Below, piece after piece: positions 1 to 13,706 of a stretch of DNA of 64,000 nucleotides. The notes below the pieces were generated by a model. The model had not been told where the DNA came from. It was given only the letters and a program-made list of their open reading frames with translations, and searched no databases. Every line of letters begins with the position of its first letter. Position 1 is the stretch's first letter. This stretch comes from Tubiluchus corallicola (lineage: Eukaryota; Animalia; Priapulida): NCBI GenBank assembly GCA_030141605.1, contig JAQGDQ010000355.1:124001-188000 (forward strand), written 5' to 3'. Made by a program: the position numbers and the translations under genes.

Positions 1-294
1 TGCAAGCTGGTCTAGATGCGCAGAGGCTCCCATACTAAATATTAGGGGTATAACAGATTTTTCATTGACTGACGAATACCTTTTTGGCTCAACAAATTGA
101 TAAGTATGTCTACTCATTATTTTACACTTTCTGTAACAGAAGTTTATGTTTGTAAAAAAAGTACGTAGGAGCACTTAGGAATATTTAGGAAAACAAATAC
201 GACTAGTGTGGATACTGCAAAAAGATATACCGTATACAATCGCTTATTAATTAGAAAGGCTAAATAAAAAAAATCTAGTGGAAATGTTTCATAC

Positions 295-393
295 CTCACT
301 GACGTACAATATTGCATGATACGGCGTGCCAACAAAATATGGGGTTTTATCATTGACATCAATTAAGCTGATTCTGATACGAGTCCATGTTGT
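295..393 (-). CDS. Cadherin gene, exon 6 (EC1-EC2 Ca2+-binding linker); gene continues beyond the window start
   Basis: Acceptor gtttgtttacag, donor gag|gtatga, 99 nt, phase 0-0. Encodes TTWTRIRISLIDVNDKTPYFVGTPYHAILYVSE with the canonical cadherin DxNDxxPxF...Y...xE motif. Confidence 0.85.
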
Positions 394-764
394 CTGTAAA
401 CAAACGATTGCGATTCATCATTCATTAGAGGTTTTATAGTAGCCCTGTCTCTTACCATTTAACATGTCATCTAATATGCCCATCTGATATTCCAAACTAT
501 GACAATTAACATGATAATTAAACACTCTCAGGCAGCCCTGCATCTTACTATAGAGATTTGTTAGACATAGCAGTGCCAGTAAGTTGCAATGCTAACAATT
601 GCTCTCATACTTTCAAACCTGCGAGACTGGAGTACAAACTGCCTTTCTGACTGACTGACTAAGTGAGTGATTAATTGAGCAACAGACATCTACTAACTGT
701 GACAGATTTTCCGGTGTGCAAAAACTGTAAGTAGGTACAGCTGTGGCGTACCCCCGTAGTACGC

Positions 765-820
765 GAAGTTAGGTATCGCCGAGCCTGGGCATTAAATGGA
801 TAGGCGATGACTTGGAAGAC
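765..820 (+). pseudogene. Degenerate 5S rRNA-derived fragment (5S pseudogene or SINE3 head)
   Basis: gaagttaggtatcgccgagcctgggcattaaatggataggcga aligns ungapped to the 5S internal control region GAAGTTAAGCAACGTCGAGCCCGGTTAGTACTTGGATGGGTGA. Confidence 0.45.
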
Positions 821-1047
821 TTATAACGGACAGTTTAGTCTGCTCTTCGAACCTCGCTTATTTAACATCATTGACGGAAGATAAACATAAACATTTTTGC
901 AGTCAAGAGCCTGATTGTTGGAGTCTACTGGTAATTAAACAGGTTTCAGTCCCGCTTTAAGCATTTGCACTGAAAAACTCGTCCTTTTGGTGGTTGCATC
1001 TTGGCTTCTTGCAGAACACAAAATCGTATAATACGCGTTTTGTTTAC

Positions 1048-1200
1048 CTTATGACGTCGAAATATGCAGAGTTCTAATATTCTTGTATAATTCAACATAT
1101 CTTTGTATTTATCCCAGTTTCTGTAATCTTTGGCAAAAATAGTGTACATCTGAAAGTCTGAATTGTTGAACTCTCTCACACATTTAAAGTTATGGTGCAC
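1048..1200 (-). CDS. Cadherin gene, exon 5
   Basis: Acceptor ttatctttatacag, donor aag|gtaaac, 153 nt, only phase 0 open. Encodes VHHNFKCVREFNNSDFQMYTIFAKDYRNWDKYKDMLNYTRILELCIFRRHK; ILELCI parallels PCDH15 VQVQCI. Confidence 0.7.
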
Positions 1201-1489
1201 CTGTATAAAGATAAATGCTTAGAAGATAAAGCATGAACGTACGTGCTGAACATAACTTGTTTTTGTGAGTAGGCTTGAAATAAGAAAAAAAATTCCTTGG
1301 GATTCAATCACCCAGGAGCTTGAACAAAACGTTGAAGCCACTTTATAGTCTCACAAAAAATTGTTTCTTTCTTTCAGGGTAAACTAATGTGCTATTGTAA
1401 GACTATAAAGGGCATTCCTCATAAAGTAAAGAAATAAATAATCTCTTTTGAGACCAATGCATAAAGTGCATTCCTTGTGCAGTAAAGTA

Positions 1490-3465
1490 AGCTATTATGA
1501 AATTACAAAGTGTATTCCTCCTGAAGTAAAGAAATGAGTAAGCTATTATGAAATTACAAAGTGCATTCCTCCTGAGGTAAAGAAATGTGTAAGCTATTTT
1601 GAGATTATAAAGTGCATTCCTTCTGAATTAAAGAAATGAGTAAACTATTGTGCGTCCATAAAGTGCATTCCTCCTGAAGTAAAGAAATGAGTAAACTATT
1701 ATGAGATTATAAAGTGCATTCCTCCTGAAGTAAAGAAATGAGTAAACTATTATGAGATTATAAAGTGCATTCCTCCTGAAGTAAAGAAATGAGTAAACTA
1801 TTATGAGATTATAAAGTGCATTCCTCCTGAAGTAAAGAAATGAGTAAACTATTATGAGATTACAAAGTGCAAGTGCAAGAAATGAGTAAGCTATTGTGCG
1901 TCTATCAAGTGCATTCCTTCTGAAGTAAAGAAATGAGTAAACTATTATGAGATTATAAAGTGCATTTCTTCTGAAGTAAAGAAATGAGTAATCTATTGTG
2001 CGTCTACCAAGTGCATTCCTTCTGAAGTAAAGAAATGAGTAATCTATTGTGAGATTATAAAGTGCATTCCTCCTAAAGTAAAGAAATGAGTAAGCTATTA
2101 TGAGATTATAAAGTGCATTCATCCTGAAGTAAAGAAATGAGTAAACTATTATGAGATTATAAAGTGCATTCCTTCTGAAGTAAAGAAATGAGTAAACTAT
2201 TATGAGATTATAAAGTGCATTTCTTCTGAAGTAAAGAAATGAGTAATCTATTGTGCGTCTACCAAGTGCATTCCTTCTGAAGTAAAGAAATGAGTAATCT
2301 ATTGTGAGATTATAAAGTGCATTCCCCCTAAAGTAAAGAAATGAGTAAGCTATTATGAGATTATAAAGTGCATTCCTCCTGAAGTAAAGAAATGAGTAAA
2401 CTATTATGAGATTATAAAGTGCATTCATCCTAAAGTAAAGAAATGAGTAATCTATTGTGCGTCTATAAAGTGTATTCCTCCTGAAGTAAAGAAATGAGTA
2501 AACTATTATGAGATTAAAAAGTGCATTCCTCCTGAAGTACAGAAATGAGTAAACTATTATGAGATTACAAAGTGCATTCCTTGTGAAGTAAAGAAATGAG
2601 TAATCTATTGTGCGTCTATAAAGTGCATTCCTCCTGAAGTACAGAAATGAGTAAACTATTATGAGATTATAAAGTGCATTCCTCCTGAAGTACAGAAATG
2701 AGTAATCTATTGTGCGTCTATAAAGTGCATTCCTCCTGAAGTACAGAAATGAGTAAGCTATTATGAGATTATAAAGTGCATTCCTCCTGAAGTACAGAAA
2801 TGAGTAATCTATTGTGCGTCTATAAAGTGCATTCCTCCTGAAGTACAGAAATGAGTAAGCTATTATGAGATTATAAAGTGCATTCCTCCTGAAGTACAGA
2901 AATGAGTAATCTATTGTGCGTCTATAAAGTGCATTCCTCCTGAAGTACAGAAATGAGTAAGCTATTATGAGATTATAAAGTGCATTCCTCCTGAAGTACA
3001 GAAATGAGTAATCTATTGTGCGTCTATAAAGTGCATTCCTCCTGAAGTACAGAAATGAGTAAGCTATTATGAGATTATAAAGTGCATTCCTCCTGAAGTA
3101 CAGAAATGAGTAATCTATTGTGCGTCTATAAAGTGCATTCCTCCTGAAGTACAGAAATGAGTAAGCTATTATGAGATTATAAAGTGCATTCCTCCTGAAG
3201 TACAGAAATGAGTAATCTATTGTGCGTCTATAAAGTGCATTCCTCCTGAAGTACAGAAATGAGTAAGCTATTATGAGATTATAAAGTGCATTCCTCCTGA
3301 AGTACAGAAATGAGTAATCTATTGTGCGTCTATAAAGTGCATTCCTCCTGAAGTACAGAAATGAGTAAGCTATTATGAGATTATAAAGTGCATTCCTCCT
3401 GAAGTACAGAAATAAGTAATCTATTGTGCGACTATAAAGTGCATTCTTTCTGAAGTAAAGAAATA
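1490..3465. repeat. 51-bp minisatellite, ~38 copies, with a 102-bp higher-order block
   Basis: Unit aaagtgcattcctcctgaagta(a/c)agaaatgagtaa...; two variants alternate strictly over about 2590-3440. Confidence 0.95.
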
Positions 3466-3844
3466 AGCACTGGTACACTTCTGGATCGGATTACATGGTT
3501 CTTGCTTACATGGGGATCATGTAATGCTACTGACCAATAGCGAGTCAATGCTGACCAGTTAATGGAGCTAGATGACGCCACGATGATTGACAGATAACGG
3601 TCGTCATGGGCGTAGCTAGATGACGTCACAATGATGGTCAGATAATGGTCGTCATGGACGTAGCTAGATGGCCTCACGATGATTAACAGTTAATGGTTAT
3701 TGTTATACAACGAACCAATTAGTGTTAAGCTAACTGCTGTAAAGTAAATGTTTAAAGAATAGTTGCTGACCATAGACTAACAAGTAAGCAGATGAAGCAA
3801 GTCAGCAGAAGACAATACTAAGAATAGAATTGATATTAGATTTA

Positions 3845-4588
3845 TAAGTAAACATGTAAAAGTGTTTCCATGTGTACGTAATGCGTAATGGGTGATGCGT
3901 GATCCGTAATGCGTATACAATAGTTTATGTTTAAACATGTAGAAGTATTTTCATGTGTACGTAATGCGTAATGGGTGATCAGTAATGCGTATACAACAGT
4001 TTGTATTGAAACATGTAGAAGTGTTTCCATGTTTACGCAATGCGTAATCCGTAATGCGTGATGCGTAATCTGTATTCATTCGAACGTGACCGATGTCATC
4101 CTAATACGCATCGCGCAGCAATGCCTAGGTGATTATAGAGAATTATCAAGTTCCCGGTGACCATTTTCGCCGTTCAGTTTTGGTCACTTTAGGATCTACA
4201 AACAATAATATTGTTTGTGTTTGAGTTTTTGAGAGGTGGAAGCAGCATGTACGTATGTGTTGTGCATCTAGCTGCAGCGTTTTCACCAAATGATGATACC
4301 TGCCATATTGTCTCTTCCCTGCAAAATTTTTTACACCCAAAACCTGTACTTCCTTTTCCGTCTAATAGCACAATAATAAGCTAATGCCGCAGCTGTAATT
4401 ATCACGCTTAAATTTCGACAGAGACGTGGATTCCAAAAATTATTGCTTGGAATTTTCACGAATAGCGACCAAAAATGGCGGAAAGAGCGCCGTGAGCTTT
4501 GTTTGTACGTGCAGGGCTTGTGAACACATGGAAACAGTCCATACGAATCACGCACTACGGATCACGTGCACATGGAGTAGTAGCTTAA
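3845..4588 (+). mobile_element. Non-autonomous element with subterminal tandem repeats (copy 1)
   Basis: Shares body and 3' end (cacatggag...agcttaag) with 51480-52743; the 3' part is an inverted copy of the tgtttccatgtgt...gatccgtaatgcg unit. Confidence 0.7.
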
Positions 4589-4635
4589 GCGTTATTTGTT
4601 TCCCTACCTTAAGATAACGTATGTATATAATCTAC

Positions 4636-4767
4636 CTCCTCTATATTCCTTCTAAAGCACTTTGTCATTGCGTGGGCTTTGCGTTTACAAAGTTCTTTTG
4701 TGCGCAATGAAGGTGGCACATCAGGATTGCATTCTTCTCTATAATTTGGCGGTCTACATTGTTTACC
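4636..4767 (-). CDS. Cadherin gene, exon 4 (Cys-rich insert)
   Basis: Acceptor ttactttttccag, donor gag|gtagat, 132 nt, only the phase 0 frame is open. Encodes GKQCRPPNYREECNPDVPPSLRTKELCKRKAHAMTKCFRRNIEE. Phase fits the flanking exons but it has no cadherin motif. Confidence 0.55.
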
Positions 4768-4814
4768 CTGGAAAAAGTAACAGCATGAATTTTTTGTGTT
4801 ACAAGATTTTAGTA

Positions 4815-4861
4815 CTGTGGTGTTGGTGGTGGTGGTGGTGTTGGTATTGTTGTTGTTGGTG

Positions 4862-4893
<32 letters not shown>

Positions 4894-5035
4894 GGTAGTG
4901 GTTTTGGTGGTGATGGTGGTAGTGTTGGTGGTGTTGTAGTTGTTGTTGTTGTTGGTGGTGGTAGTGGTGGCGTCGGCGTTGGCGTCGTCGTCGTCGGCGG
5001 TGGTGGTGGAGGTGCTGGTGCTGGTGGTGTTAGTA
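4815..5035. repeat. GTT/GGT/GTC compound microsatellite
   Basis: Direct reading. Confidence 0.9.
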
Positions 5036-5775
5036 GTAAAATCTTTATTTGCCGTGGTATATTGATAATGATAGTAAAGTATTAAGATGCTCAATGAATG
5101 ATAGTTAACAAAATACAACTTCGTTAAATGTAAACGTTACATATTTCACATATTTACAAACTAACTATCAACAAAATTAAGTCGTTTACAATGGCCTGTG
5201 GTAAATGAATTCCGCATGAGTGTAGTCTGTGTTGCCACATTGGTAAGTTGGATAGTCAAATCTTGACATCATTAAAGCTTTTATTTTGGTTTTAATATGT
5301 TTGATTTTGACTGGGGCGTTATTAAATTGCTTCCAAAATGATTGTTTGTTCTAGTTTGCTTCAAATTCAATGTAATAATGGCGTTTAATTCGGAATTTCT
5401 TAATTTACCCGATTTTACTGCTTCTTTTTTCTTTAAGCGTTTGTGTCGTGTTAGGAAAAAATGTATTGCTTTATTTTGTAAGCTGATTTTCTGAACGAGC
5501 GACAAATAATACAGCAATTAATGCTAGTCGCACATTGTAAAATATTTGCATGCAATAAAATTGTCTGATACAAATAAGCCTTTTCATAGTTCCAGAGATT
5601 GAAGATGATCGTGAAAAGGTCAAAGGTTAAATGTACCAGACAACGCATTTGTGTACACTTGACAAAGTTCATGCTAACCCACCTCGCCTTTTATATAAGT
5701 GAACTTGCATTTTATTTCTACTATGATAGGTATAAGATCCTTCGGTGATTCATACTTGTGACTGTTTTTAATCTG

Positions 5776-6481
5776 AAAACACAAGAAAAGGGGCACCGGA
5801 AGTAGGTTTCAGAAAAATTGCGTTAACATATATTACTTTACAACATTTTTATGTATATGTCGTACTCGCGTTAAAAAGAATTTTTGCTTGTTTTCATTTT
5901 AAATGTCCCGCAATACTGTTCCGATGCGCCATTACATGACGTCATATACGCACAACGTAAATCAGGGGAAGGAAATGTTATAGGAAATGAAAAAGGAAAT
6001 GTTAAATTATGACCCTAAAAACTTTCCATGCAACGTTTATGATACTTGACATTTCTCTTGCTTGCTGAAAAGACTTAGAAAAGAAAATTATTGATTATCT
6101 AAAATGTTTTCACCAATTGGTAAAAGATCGCTGACTAACCTTCCCAGTGTGCATTACTGACTCATAAAAAAACGATATTTTGATCTTATTGACAAGAAAC
6201 AGTGATTTAAGATTTTACTTAGTTAGTGACATGTATGCTACGAATACTCTGATTATTTCTTCAAACTTTACACAATGTTACCCAAATTTGTATCAAACGA
6301 CATATTGTCAAAATAGCTGCGCCTAACGGGCATCACGGGAGTTTAAACTTACAGTTGATAAATACAGCATTACTGTCGACGCAAGGTCAGCGTGCAAAAA
6401 GGCAGTACGCAAGTGGTATAAAATTCCAAGTCGATTTTTTAAAGTTTTTTATGAAAAATGGAAGGTTTTCTTATTCTTGAA
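5776..6481 (+). mobile_element. Kolobok-like (TTAA-flanked) MITE, family A
   Basis: ~650-700 bp element repeated about 7 times in the window; family termini TTAAAG.ACAAGAA ... TTCTTGTGCTTTAA (degraded in this copy). Confidence 0.7.
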
Positions 6482-6539
6482 ATAAACCGCTTCAAACGCT
6501 CCAGCTTTGATGAAAATCAATACTTTCAACACACTTGGG

Positions 6540-7091
<552 letters not shown>

Positions 7092-7679
7092 GAAACTAAT
7101 TCTTAACGACAAAAGTAGTGACAACAAAATTAAAAAAAATCCCTTAATTAAAAAACAAGGAATTTAAAAGAAAAAACACAACACTGCAGTCAGTTTGCAA
7201 GTGAAAAAAAGGATAATATCACATGGAATTACTAAACGTATTTTTTTTGGGAGGGAAGGGGGTAATAATAATGTAATTAATAGAACTCCCTAAAAATAAA
7301 TAGCAGTGATGTCATTTTATTTTCACCTGCAGGTAAACTGCAAAGCAGCGCTTTTGTCGTTCCTTTTCCTTCTTTTTTCGTTGTTTTTCTTTGTTTTTTA
7401 ATTGTGTGATTTTTACTTTCCTTAAATGGGGTCAGTCTAGTGTAACTCTAGACGTATAACTAAGAAATACGTGATTAGGAACCATCTTTACTGTGTGGCA
7501 TGTAAGATTTTTTTCTTACATTTTTTCATTTACACAGTTGTACGACATTTCCATTTACAATTCCACAATTTTAAATATTGATTATTCTATACAAGCATGC
7601 ATTCTTGCAGGGAGTGAGTTGATAATGAAACATGAAAGCTTGCACCAAAAGTGAGGCATGAATATTTATGTTAATAAAT

Positions 7680-7815
7680 AAACAAACAAGCAAACAAGTA
7701 CACAAACAAACTAACGAAGTAATGAACGAACGAATGAACGTAAACAAATAGACTAACTGACTGACTGACTGGCGGACTGACTGACTGACTGACTGACTGA
7801 CTGACTGACTGACTG

Positions 7816-7873
<58 letters not shown>

Positions 7874-8110
7874 CAACCAATCAGCTAACGAACGAACGAA
7901 AAGACAAGCAAACAAAATAACAAACTAACTAGGTGACTAACTGACTGACTGACTGGCTAGCTAGCGAGCGAACGAATGAACGAAGGAAGGAAGGAACGAA
8001 CGAACATGATGCATACATACAAGCATACAAACTAACAAACAAACAAACGAACAAACAAGTAGTCAAGCAAGCAAATAAAAATCAATGAAACAAGCAATAA
8101 ATAAATAAAT
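7680..8110. repeat. Compound tetranucleotide repeats (ACTG, ACTA, AACG, AAAC)
   Basis: Direct reading. Confidence 0.9.
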
Positions 8111-8160
8111 ATATCTCGTTCATTACTACACATAACAACATTTGGATGGGGTGGACTCAC

Positions 8161-8321
8161 TTCGTTTTCTACGAATGTTGGAACGCTTTTTATAAGTTTC
8201 AAATTCCAGTTTTCATAATCAAGTTCAACGAAATCCTTGTCGTAAAGTCCAGTCACAAAGATCACCGGATTTTTGTTGTCTGAACTTTTGCCTGAAATTT
8301 TCGGCAATCCTATACGTGTGC
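8161..8321 (-). CDS. Cadherin (PCDH15/Cad99C-like) gene, exon 3
   Basis: Acceptor ttatatttcag, donor gaa|gtgagt, 161 nt, phase 1-0. Encodes (G)TRIGLPKISGKSSDNKNPVIFVTGLYDKDFVELDYENWNLKLIKSVPTFVENE, with cadherin EC1 strand pattern. Confidence 0.75.
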
Positions 8322-8794
8322 CTGAAATATAACCAAGTGTTAATAATTATTGTAATTTCTAGACGTCGTAAATATTAAAAAAATCAGACTTTTGAAGGAA
8401 GACAGGATGATTGTTTAAATACCCCCATAAAAGTATGCATTTAACAACATTAATGCTGCAAGAGCGTTTCCGATAATTAAATAATAATTGTTAACCACTG
8501 AATTAGCAGCGGGCGAACCCAACTATTCTGATGACAAACTAACATAATTTTTAACAGCAAACATACTCCACGAGCGTGTTGGACGTGTTTGCACAAGCGA
8601 AAATTGAAGTACAGTGCTACTGTACTAAAACTAGGTAAATTTTAAGATATAAATTCAAATTTCAAATTTACCAGTGTACTCACGCATGAGCTGTCGAACG
8701 TGGGTAGTTCGTCACAAACTAACACATTTGAACTAAGAGGTACAGCATCTGTTTTTGTGCAATGCCCTAATCCTATGCAATATAGTACATTATT

Positions 8795-9620
8795 AACCCT
8801 AACCGTGACATTAACCCTAACCCAGCACTAACCCATCCTAGTCCAAACTACAACCAGAACCCTAACGCTAACCGTAATATTAACCCTAACCCAGCACTAA
8901 CCCATCCTAGTCCAGACTAGAACCAGAACCCTAACCCTAACCGTAATATTAACCCTAACCCAGCACTAACCCATCCTAGTCCAAACTACAACCAGAACCC
9001 TAACGCTAACCGTAATATTAACCCTAACCCAGCACTAACCCATCCTAGTCCAAACTACAACCAGAACCCTAACGCTAACCGTAATATTAACCCTAACCCA
9101 GCACTAACCCATCCTAGTCCAAACTACAACCAGAACCCTAACCCTAACCGTAATATTAACCCTAATCCAGCACTAACCCATCCTAGTCCAAACTACAACC
9201 AGAACCCTAACGCTAACCGTAATATTAACCCTAACCCAGCACTAACCCATCCTAGTCCAAACTACAACCAGAACCCTAACGCTAACCGTAATATTAACCC
9301 TAACCCAGCACTAACCCATCCTAGTCCAAACTACAACCAGAACCCTAACGCTAACCGTAATATTAACCCTAACCCAGCACTAACCCATCCTAGTCCAAAC
9401 TAGAACCAGAACCCTAACCCTAACCGTAATATTAACCCTAACCCAGCACTAACCCATCCTAGTCCAAACTACAACCAGAACCCTAACGCTAACCGTAATA
9501 TTAACCCTAACCCAGCACTAACCCATCCTAGTCCAAACTACAACCAGAACCCTAACCCTAACCGTAATATTAACCCTAACCAAAACCCTATCTTAACCCA
9601 ATCCTAACACTAACCCTAAT
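8795..9620. repeat. 69-bp minisatellite built from telomeric CCCTAA hexamers, ~11 copies
   Basis: Unit taaccctaacccagcactaacccatcctagtccaaactacaaccagaaccctaacgctaaccgtaatat, period 69. Confidence 0.92.
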
Positions 9621-9809
9621 GCACTTCGAACTATTGGTATAGATTTGTCAATATCTACTCATGTTCTATTGAATCCAAAATCCAAATGTTACGTACTGCG
9701 TCAAACAGTTATTGAATTCAAGTTACCTGGGTTCCTAAATATGCTAAGTGAAAGATACCTAGTACTCAAATGTCCTATGTGTTCAAAATTCCTAGTGAAA
9801 TAGCTTACT

Positions 9810-10762
9810 ATGTCTGCACACCAAGGCCTAGATATGTCTGCACACGAAAGCCTAGGATATGTCTGCACACCAGGACCTAGATATGTCTGCACATCAAGGC
9901 TCAGGGTATGTCTGCACACCAAGGCCTGGATATGTCTGCACAACAAGGCCTAGATATGTTTGCACACTAAGGCCTAGATATGTCTGTACAACAAGGCCTA
10001 GATACGTCTGCACACCAAGGCCTAGGATATGTCTGCACACCAAGGCCTAGGATATGTCTGCACATCAAGGCTCCGGATATGTCTGCACACTAAGGCCTAG
10101 ATATGTCTGTACAACAAGGCCTAGATACGTCTGCACACCAAGGCCTAGGATATGTCGGCACACCAAGGCCTAGGATATGTCTGCACATCAAGGCTCCGGA
10201 TATGTCTGCACATCAAGGCCTAGGATATGTCTGCACACCAAGCCCCAGGATATGTCTGCACATCAAGGCCTAGGATATGTCTGCACACCAAGGCCTAGGA
10301 TATGTCTGCACACAAAGCCCCAGGATATGTCTGCACATCAAGGCCTAGGATATGTCTGCACACCAAGGCCTAGGATATGTCTGCACATCAAGGCCTAGGA
10401 TATGTCTGCACACCAAGCCCCAGGATATGTCTGCACATCAAGGCCTAGGATATGTCTGCACACCAAGGCCTAGGATATGTCTGCACACCAAGCCCCAGGA
10501 TATGTCTGCACATCAAGGCCTAGGATATGTCTGCACATCAAGGCCTAGGATATGTCTGCACACCAAGGCCTAGATATGTCTGCACAACAAGGCCTAGGAT
10601 ATGTCTGCACATCAAGGCCTAGGATATGTCTGTACAACAAGGCCTAGATACGTCTGCACGCCAAGGCCTAGGATATGTCTGCACATCAAGGCTCCGGATA
10701 TGTCTGCACATCAAGGCCTAGGATATGTCTGCACACCAAGCCCCAGGATATGTCTGCACACC
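9810..10762. repeat. 24-25-bp minisatellite
   Basis: Unit gatatgtctgcacaccaaggcctag, ~38 copies. Confidence 0.95.
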
Positions 10763-11641
10763 TAGATAGGTAAAGCAAAGGTTTAGCAATGAAATTAGTA
10801 GACATGTTAAGAATGATTTTAAGAAGACGAAATATTAAATGAAAACCAGATGATTGTTTAGACTTTGAAAGTTTAAAGAAATTTGAGTATCCGAAGTAAT
10901 TATTCCTTAATCTAAGCTTTGATTTAAAAAAGCTATTGTAGTTTTCAATATTTTAGTGCATTCTTTATTCTGAAGTAATGTTTACACAATTGTTCGGTGT
11001 TATTTTAAACATTACGATTATTCAATTTTGTTGTGCTAATAATCCAAACAATCACACCGAATTTTGCAACTTGTTATGCAGTAAATTTACAGTAAATAGA
11101 AGCAATAAGCCTTGACGCAGTTCCAGCGATTGATGATGATCGTGAAAATGCCAAAGGTTAAGTATACCAGACAACGCATTTGCGTACACTTGACAACGCC
11201 TCGCAGCCCAAGCTGTTGTAATAGTAACAATTTTAACAGCCAGCTAGAACCTTACCTAGTTCATTTTTTCTTGTTTCTCAAGCAAGATTCTGCTAGTAAA
11301 TCACTCTACGCACAGACTAATTCATAATTAAGTAAAGTCCACGTAAAACAACTGACGTTACTGAACTGAATTGGTAGGCAGCTTTGCTTTACCCGCATGT
11401 CACGTGATGGTTGTAGTTAAGACCCGCTGCTGTGGCAGACTTAACCTCTGACCTACGGCAACTACAAAAGTGTGAAAAGGTTTATTGTAGATCTGTCACG
11501 CATCATCGAAATAATTAGTAAATAATACTGATAAAGTCAGCTGAAGTTACTCAACTGATGCGGTAGATGGCTTTACTTTCCCACATGTCACGTGACGGTT
11601 GTAGTTAAAACGCGTTACTGTAATTTATCAGTAATAATACT

Positions 11642-11714
11642 CAGTGGCGTAGCCAGGGTGGACGTTAAATTCAGAGTCCAACCCTGGGAAGCACAAAATC
11701 TAGCTACGCCACTG
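11642..11714. mobile_element. 73-bp hAT-type MITE
   Basis: TIRs CAGTGGCGTAGC(C/T)AG; perfect 8-bp TSD ATAATACT at 11634-11641 and 11715-11722. Confidence 0.85.
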
Positions 11715-11771
11715 ATAATACTCTAACAGTTAAAATATAAAATAGTAAATCGGTGTAGAAAGAAAATTTAC

Positions 11772-11870
11772 CAGCAACTGCATTTTCTTCAATTTCTCTG
11801 TACGCTATAAAAAAATCTCTATCCTCCGAGCTGGATGTTTCCAGTTTGCAATCTGTACAATCGCATGTCT
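11772..11870 (-). CDS. Cadherin (PCDH15/Cad99C-like) gene, exon 2
   Basis: Acceptor ttctcttatag, donor ctg|gtaaat, 99 nt, phase 1-1. Encodes (K)TCDCTDCKLETSSSEDRDFFIAYREIEENAVA(G), resembling the PCDH15 EC1 start (DCKL...IDEESRNGT). Confidence 0.75.
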
Positions 11871-12169
11871 CTATAAGAGAAATGTAAAATGTTTGATGAC
11901 ATTTTCTCTTGGTTACACAAGTATCCACTGTCAAAATGCTACTGCCCACTAAGCCTGCTAACTTGCTATGCACTGCCCAAGTGAATAAAATGCTTTTATA
12001 ATAAGAATAAATTGTAATTATTGTAAGACTCACATGTTTTTAAGCCAGGTTGTTTTGATTTTTTGTATTAAATATCGTCACATATAGTTAGTTAATGAAA
12101 TATAAAAAACCGGCATTAGTTAGCAATTTATTATTGTTATTTTCTGTGCAAATAATTCGATTGAATTTC

Positions 12170-12525
12170 TTTCAAATATTATTTATAATAATCTAAAATG
12201 TTCTCACCAATTGCTAAAATGTCGCTAACTAACCTTCCCAGTGTGCCCCACTGGTTCACCAAGAAACCTATTTTAAATTTTATTGACAGATTTAAAATTT
12301 TGCTTAGTCTGTGAAGTTCGCGTTACGAATGCTCTGAATATTTTTCAAACTTTATGTAATATTAGCTTGGCTTGTTTCAAATGACTTAATATCAAAATTT
12401 TCAAGTTTTATACAGAGTTATTGCTAGCGCACGTCCTGTATGCAATGAGACAGCATCTGAGTGGTGTAAAATTTGAGGATGATATTTTAAGCTTTGTATA
12501 AGTGGAAAGTTTTCTTGGCTTTTAA
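12170..12525 (+). mobile_element. Family A MITE, 5'-truncated copy
   Basis: Matches the 3' half of family A; ends ttttcttggcttttaa. Confidence 0.65.
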
Positions 12526-13706
12526 AGTTCTGCAACAGTAACCCACTCAGTATCATGAACTTAAATGAAAACAGGGTGACGTTTTCCTATTTTATCCCCA
12601 TTTCAAGTACGATAAAAAGTAAACATTTTAACACCCGTGATAGCAAAGCGGTTCTGTTTTAGATTTAGATACACTTATTCAGCGATAATTCATTGTTAAT
12701 TAAATAGTAGCTTAAAGACTTAAATAATGTTTGGCCAGCCTACTAGTGATGACTTCACAACTGAACATAATTTTCAACAGCACAAATATTCCACGAGCGC
12801 GATACAGGTATTTGCGAAAATGAAAATTGAATTACAGTGCTACCGTTCAATATTCAGTTGGTATACAAAAACTCGACTATTTTGCATTTAAAATTCAAAT
12901 TTCATTTTTATTGCTATGCTCACGCATGAGCTGTCGAACGTGCGCACTACGTCACAACCGAGTACTTTTGATTTGAGAGGCACAGCACCTGTTTTTTGTG
13001 CAATGGGGTGTCCGAGATGCAAATGTCAGTATCCATCTAACTTGCGAGTAACAAAATGCACGCATAGACGCGTGAACGCAAAATTACGTTGTTGTGGGAA
13101 TAATTCTTTCATGTAAGTCATTCGTGAAAAAAAAACTGCTCGTTCCTTTCAGTATTCTATATAATAGATTATTTTGAGCTACAGTTTAAGATTGTGCCTG
13201 GCTTTCCTTTGGAATTCGACTTGAGGGGTTTGCAGCATGTCAACAATGAAATGTAAAATGTTTGATGACATTGTCTCTTGGTTACACAAGTATCCACTGT
13301 CCAAATGCTACTGCCCACTAAGCTTGCTAACTTGCTATGCATTGCCCAAGTGAATAAGAATTTTTGTAAGTGTTTTTATAATAAGAATAAATTATAATTA
13401 TAATAAGAATCACATATTTTTATACCAAGTTGTTTTTTGACTTTTTTGTATTAAACATGTTAAATATCGTCACATATAGTTAGTTATATAAAACTGGTTT
13501 TAATAAGCAAATTATTATTGTTATTTTCTATATAAATAATTTGGTTAAAATTCCATGACTGTAGGCACAAATTATGACCAAATATTTTCAAAACGGTTTT
13601 AGCTTTGAGCTGTTTAAAAAACAAGGGTAGTTTAAAAACTCCTTATACAGAAACACATAACTTAAACTTTCGTTGGTATGTTACTTTCCTTAATTAACAA
13701 ACGAAA

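Noticed and set aside
1-34. Possible next cadherin exon (YGSLCASRPAC) after an atatttag acceptor
   Set aside because: Too short at the window edge and does not resemble the expected EC2 continuation.
1490-3465. CRISPR-like repeat/variable pattern (also 25733-26005 and 59112-60175 with hairpins)
   Set aside because: Variable parts are recurring variants, not unique spacers; no cas genes; eukaryotic context.
1628-3478. 616-aa ORF of 17-aa repeats
   Set aside because: A by-product of a 51-bp unit lacking stops in one frame; it lies in a cadherin intron and has no protein-like composition.
5180-5490. Extra candidate cadherin exons (KISLQNK..., NKQSFWKQF...)
   Set aside because: No donor/phase combination joined them to the neighbouring exons without a stop; not excluded, but unsupported.
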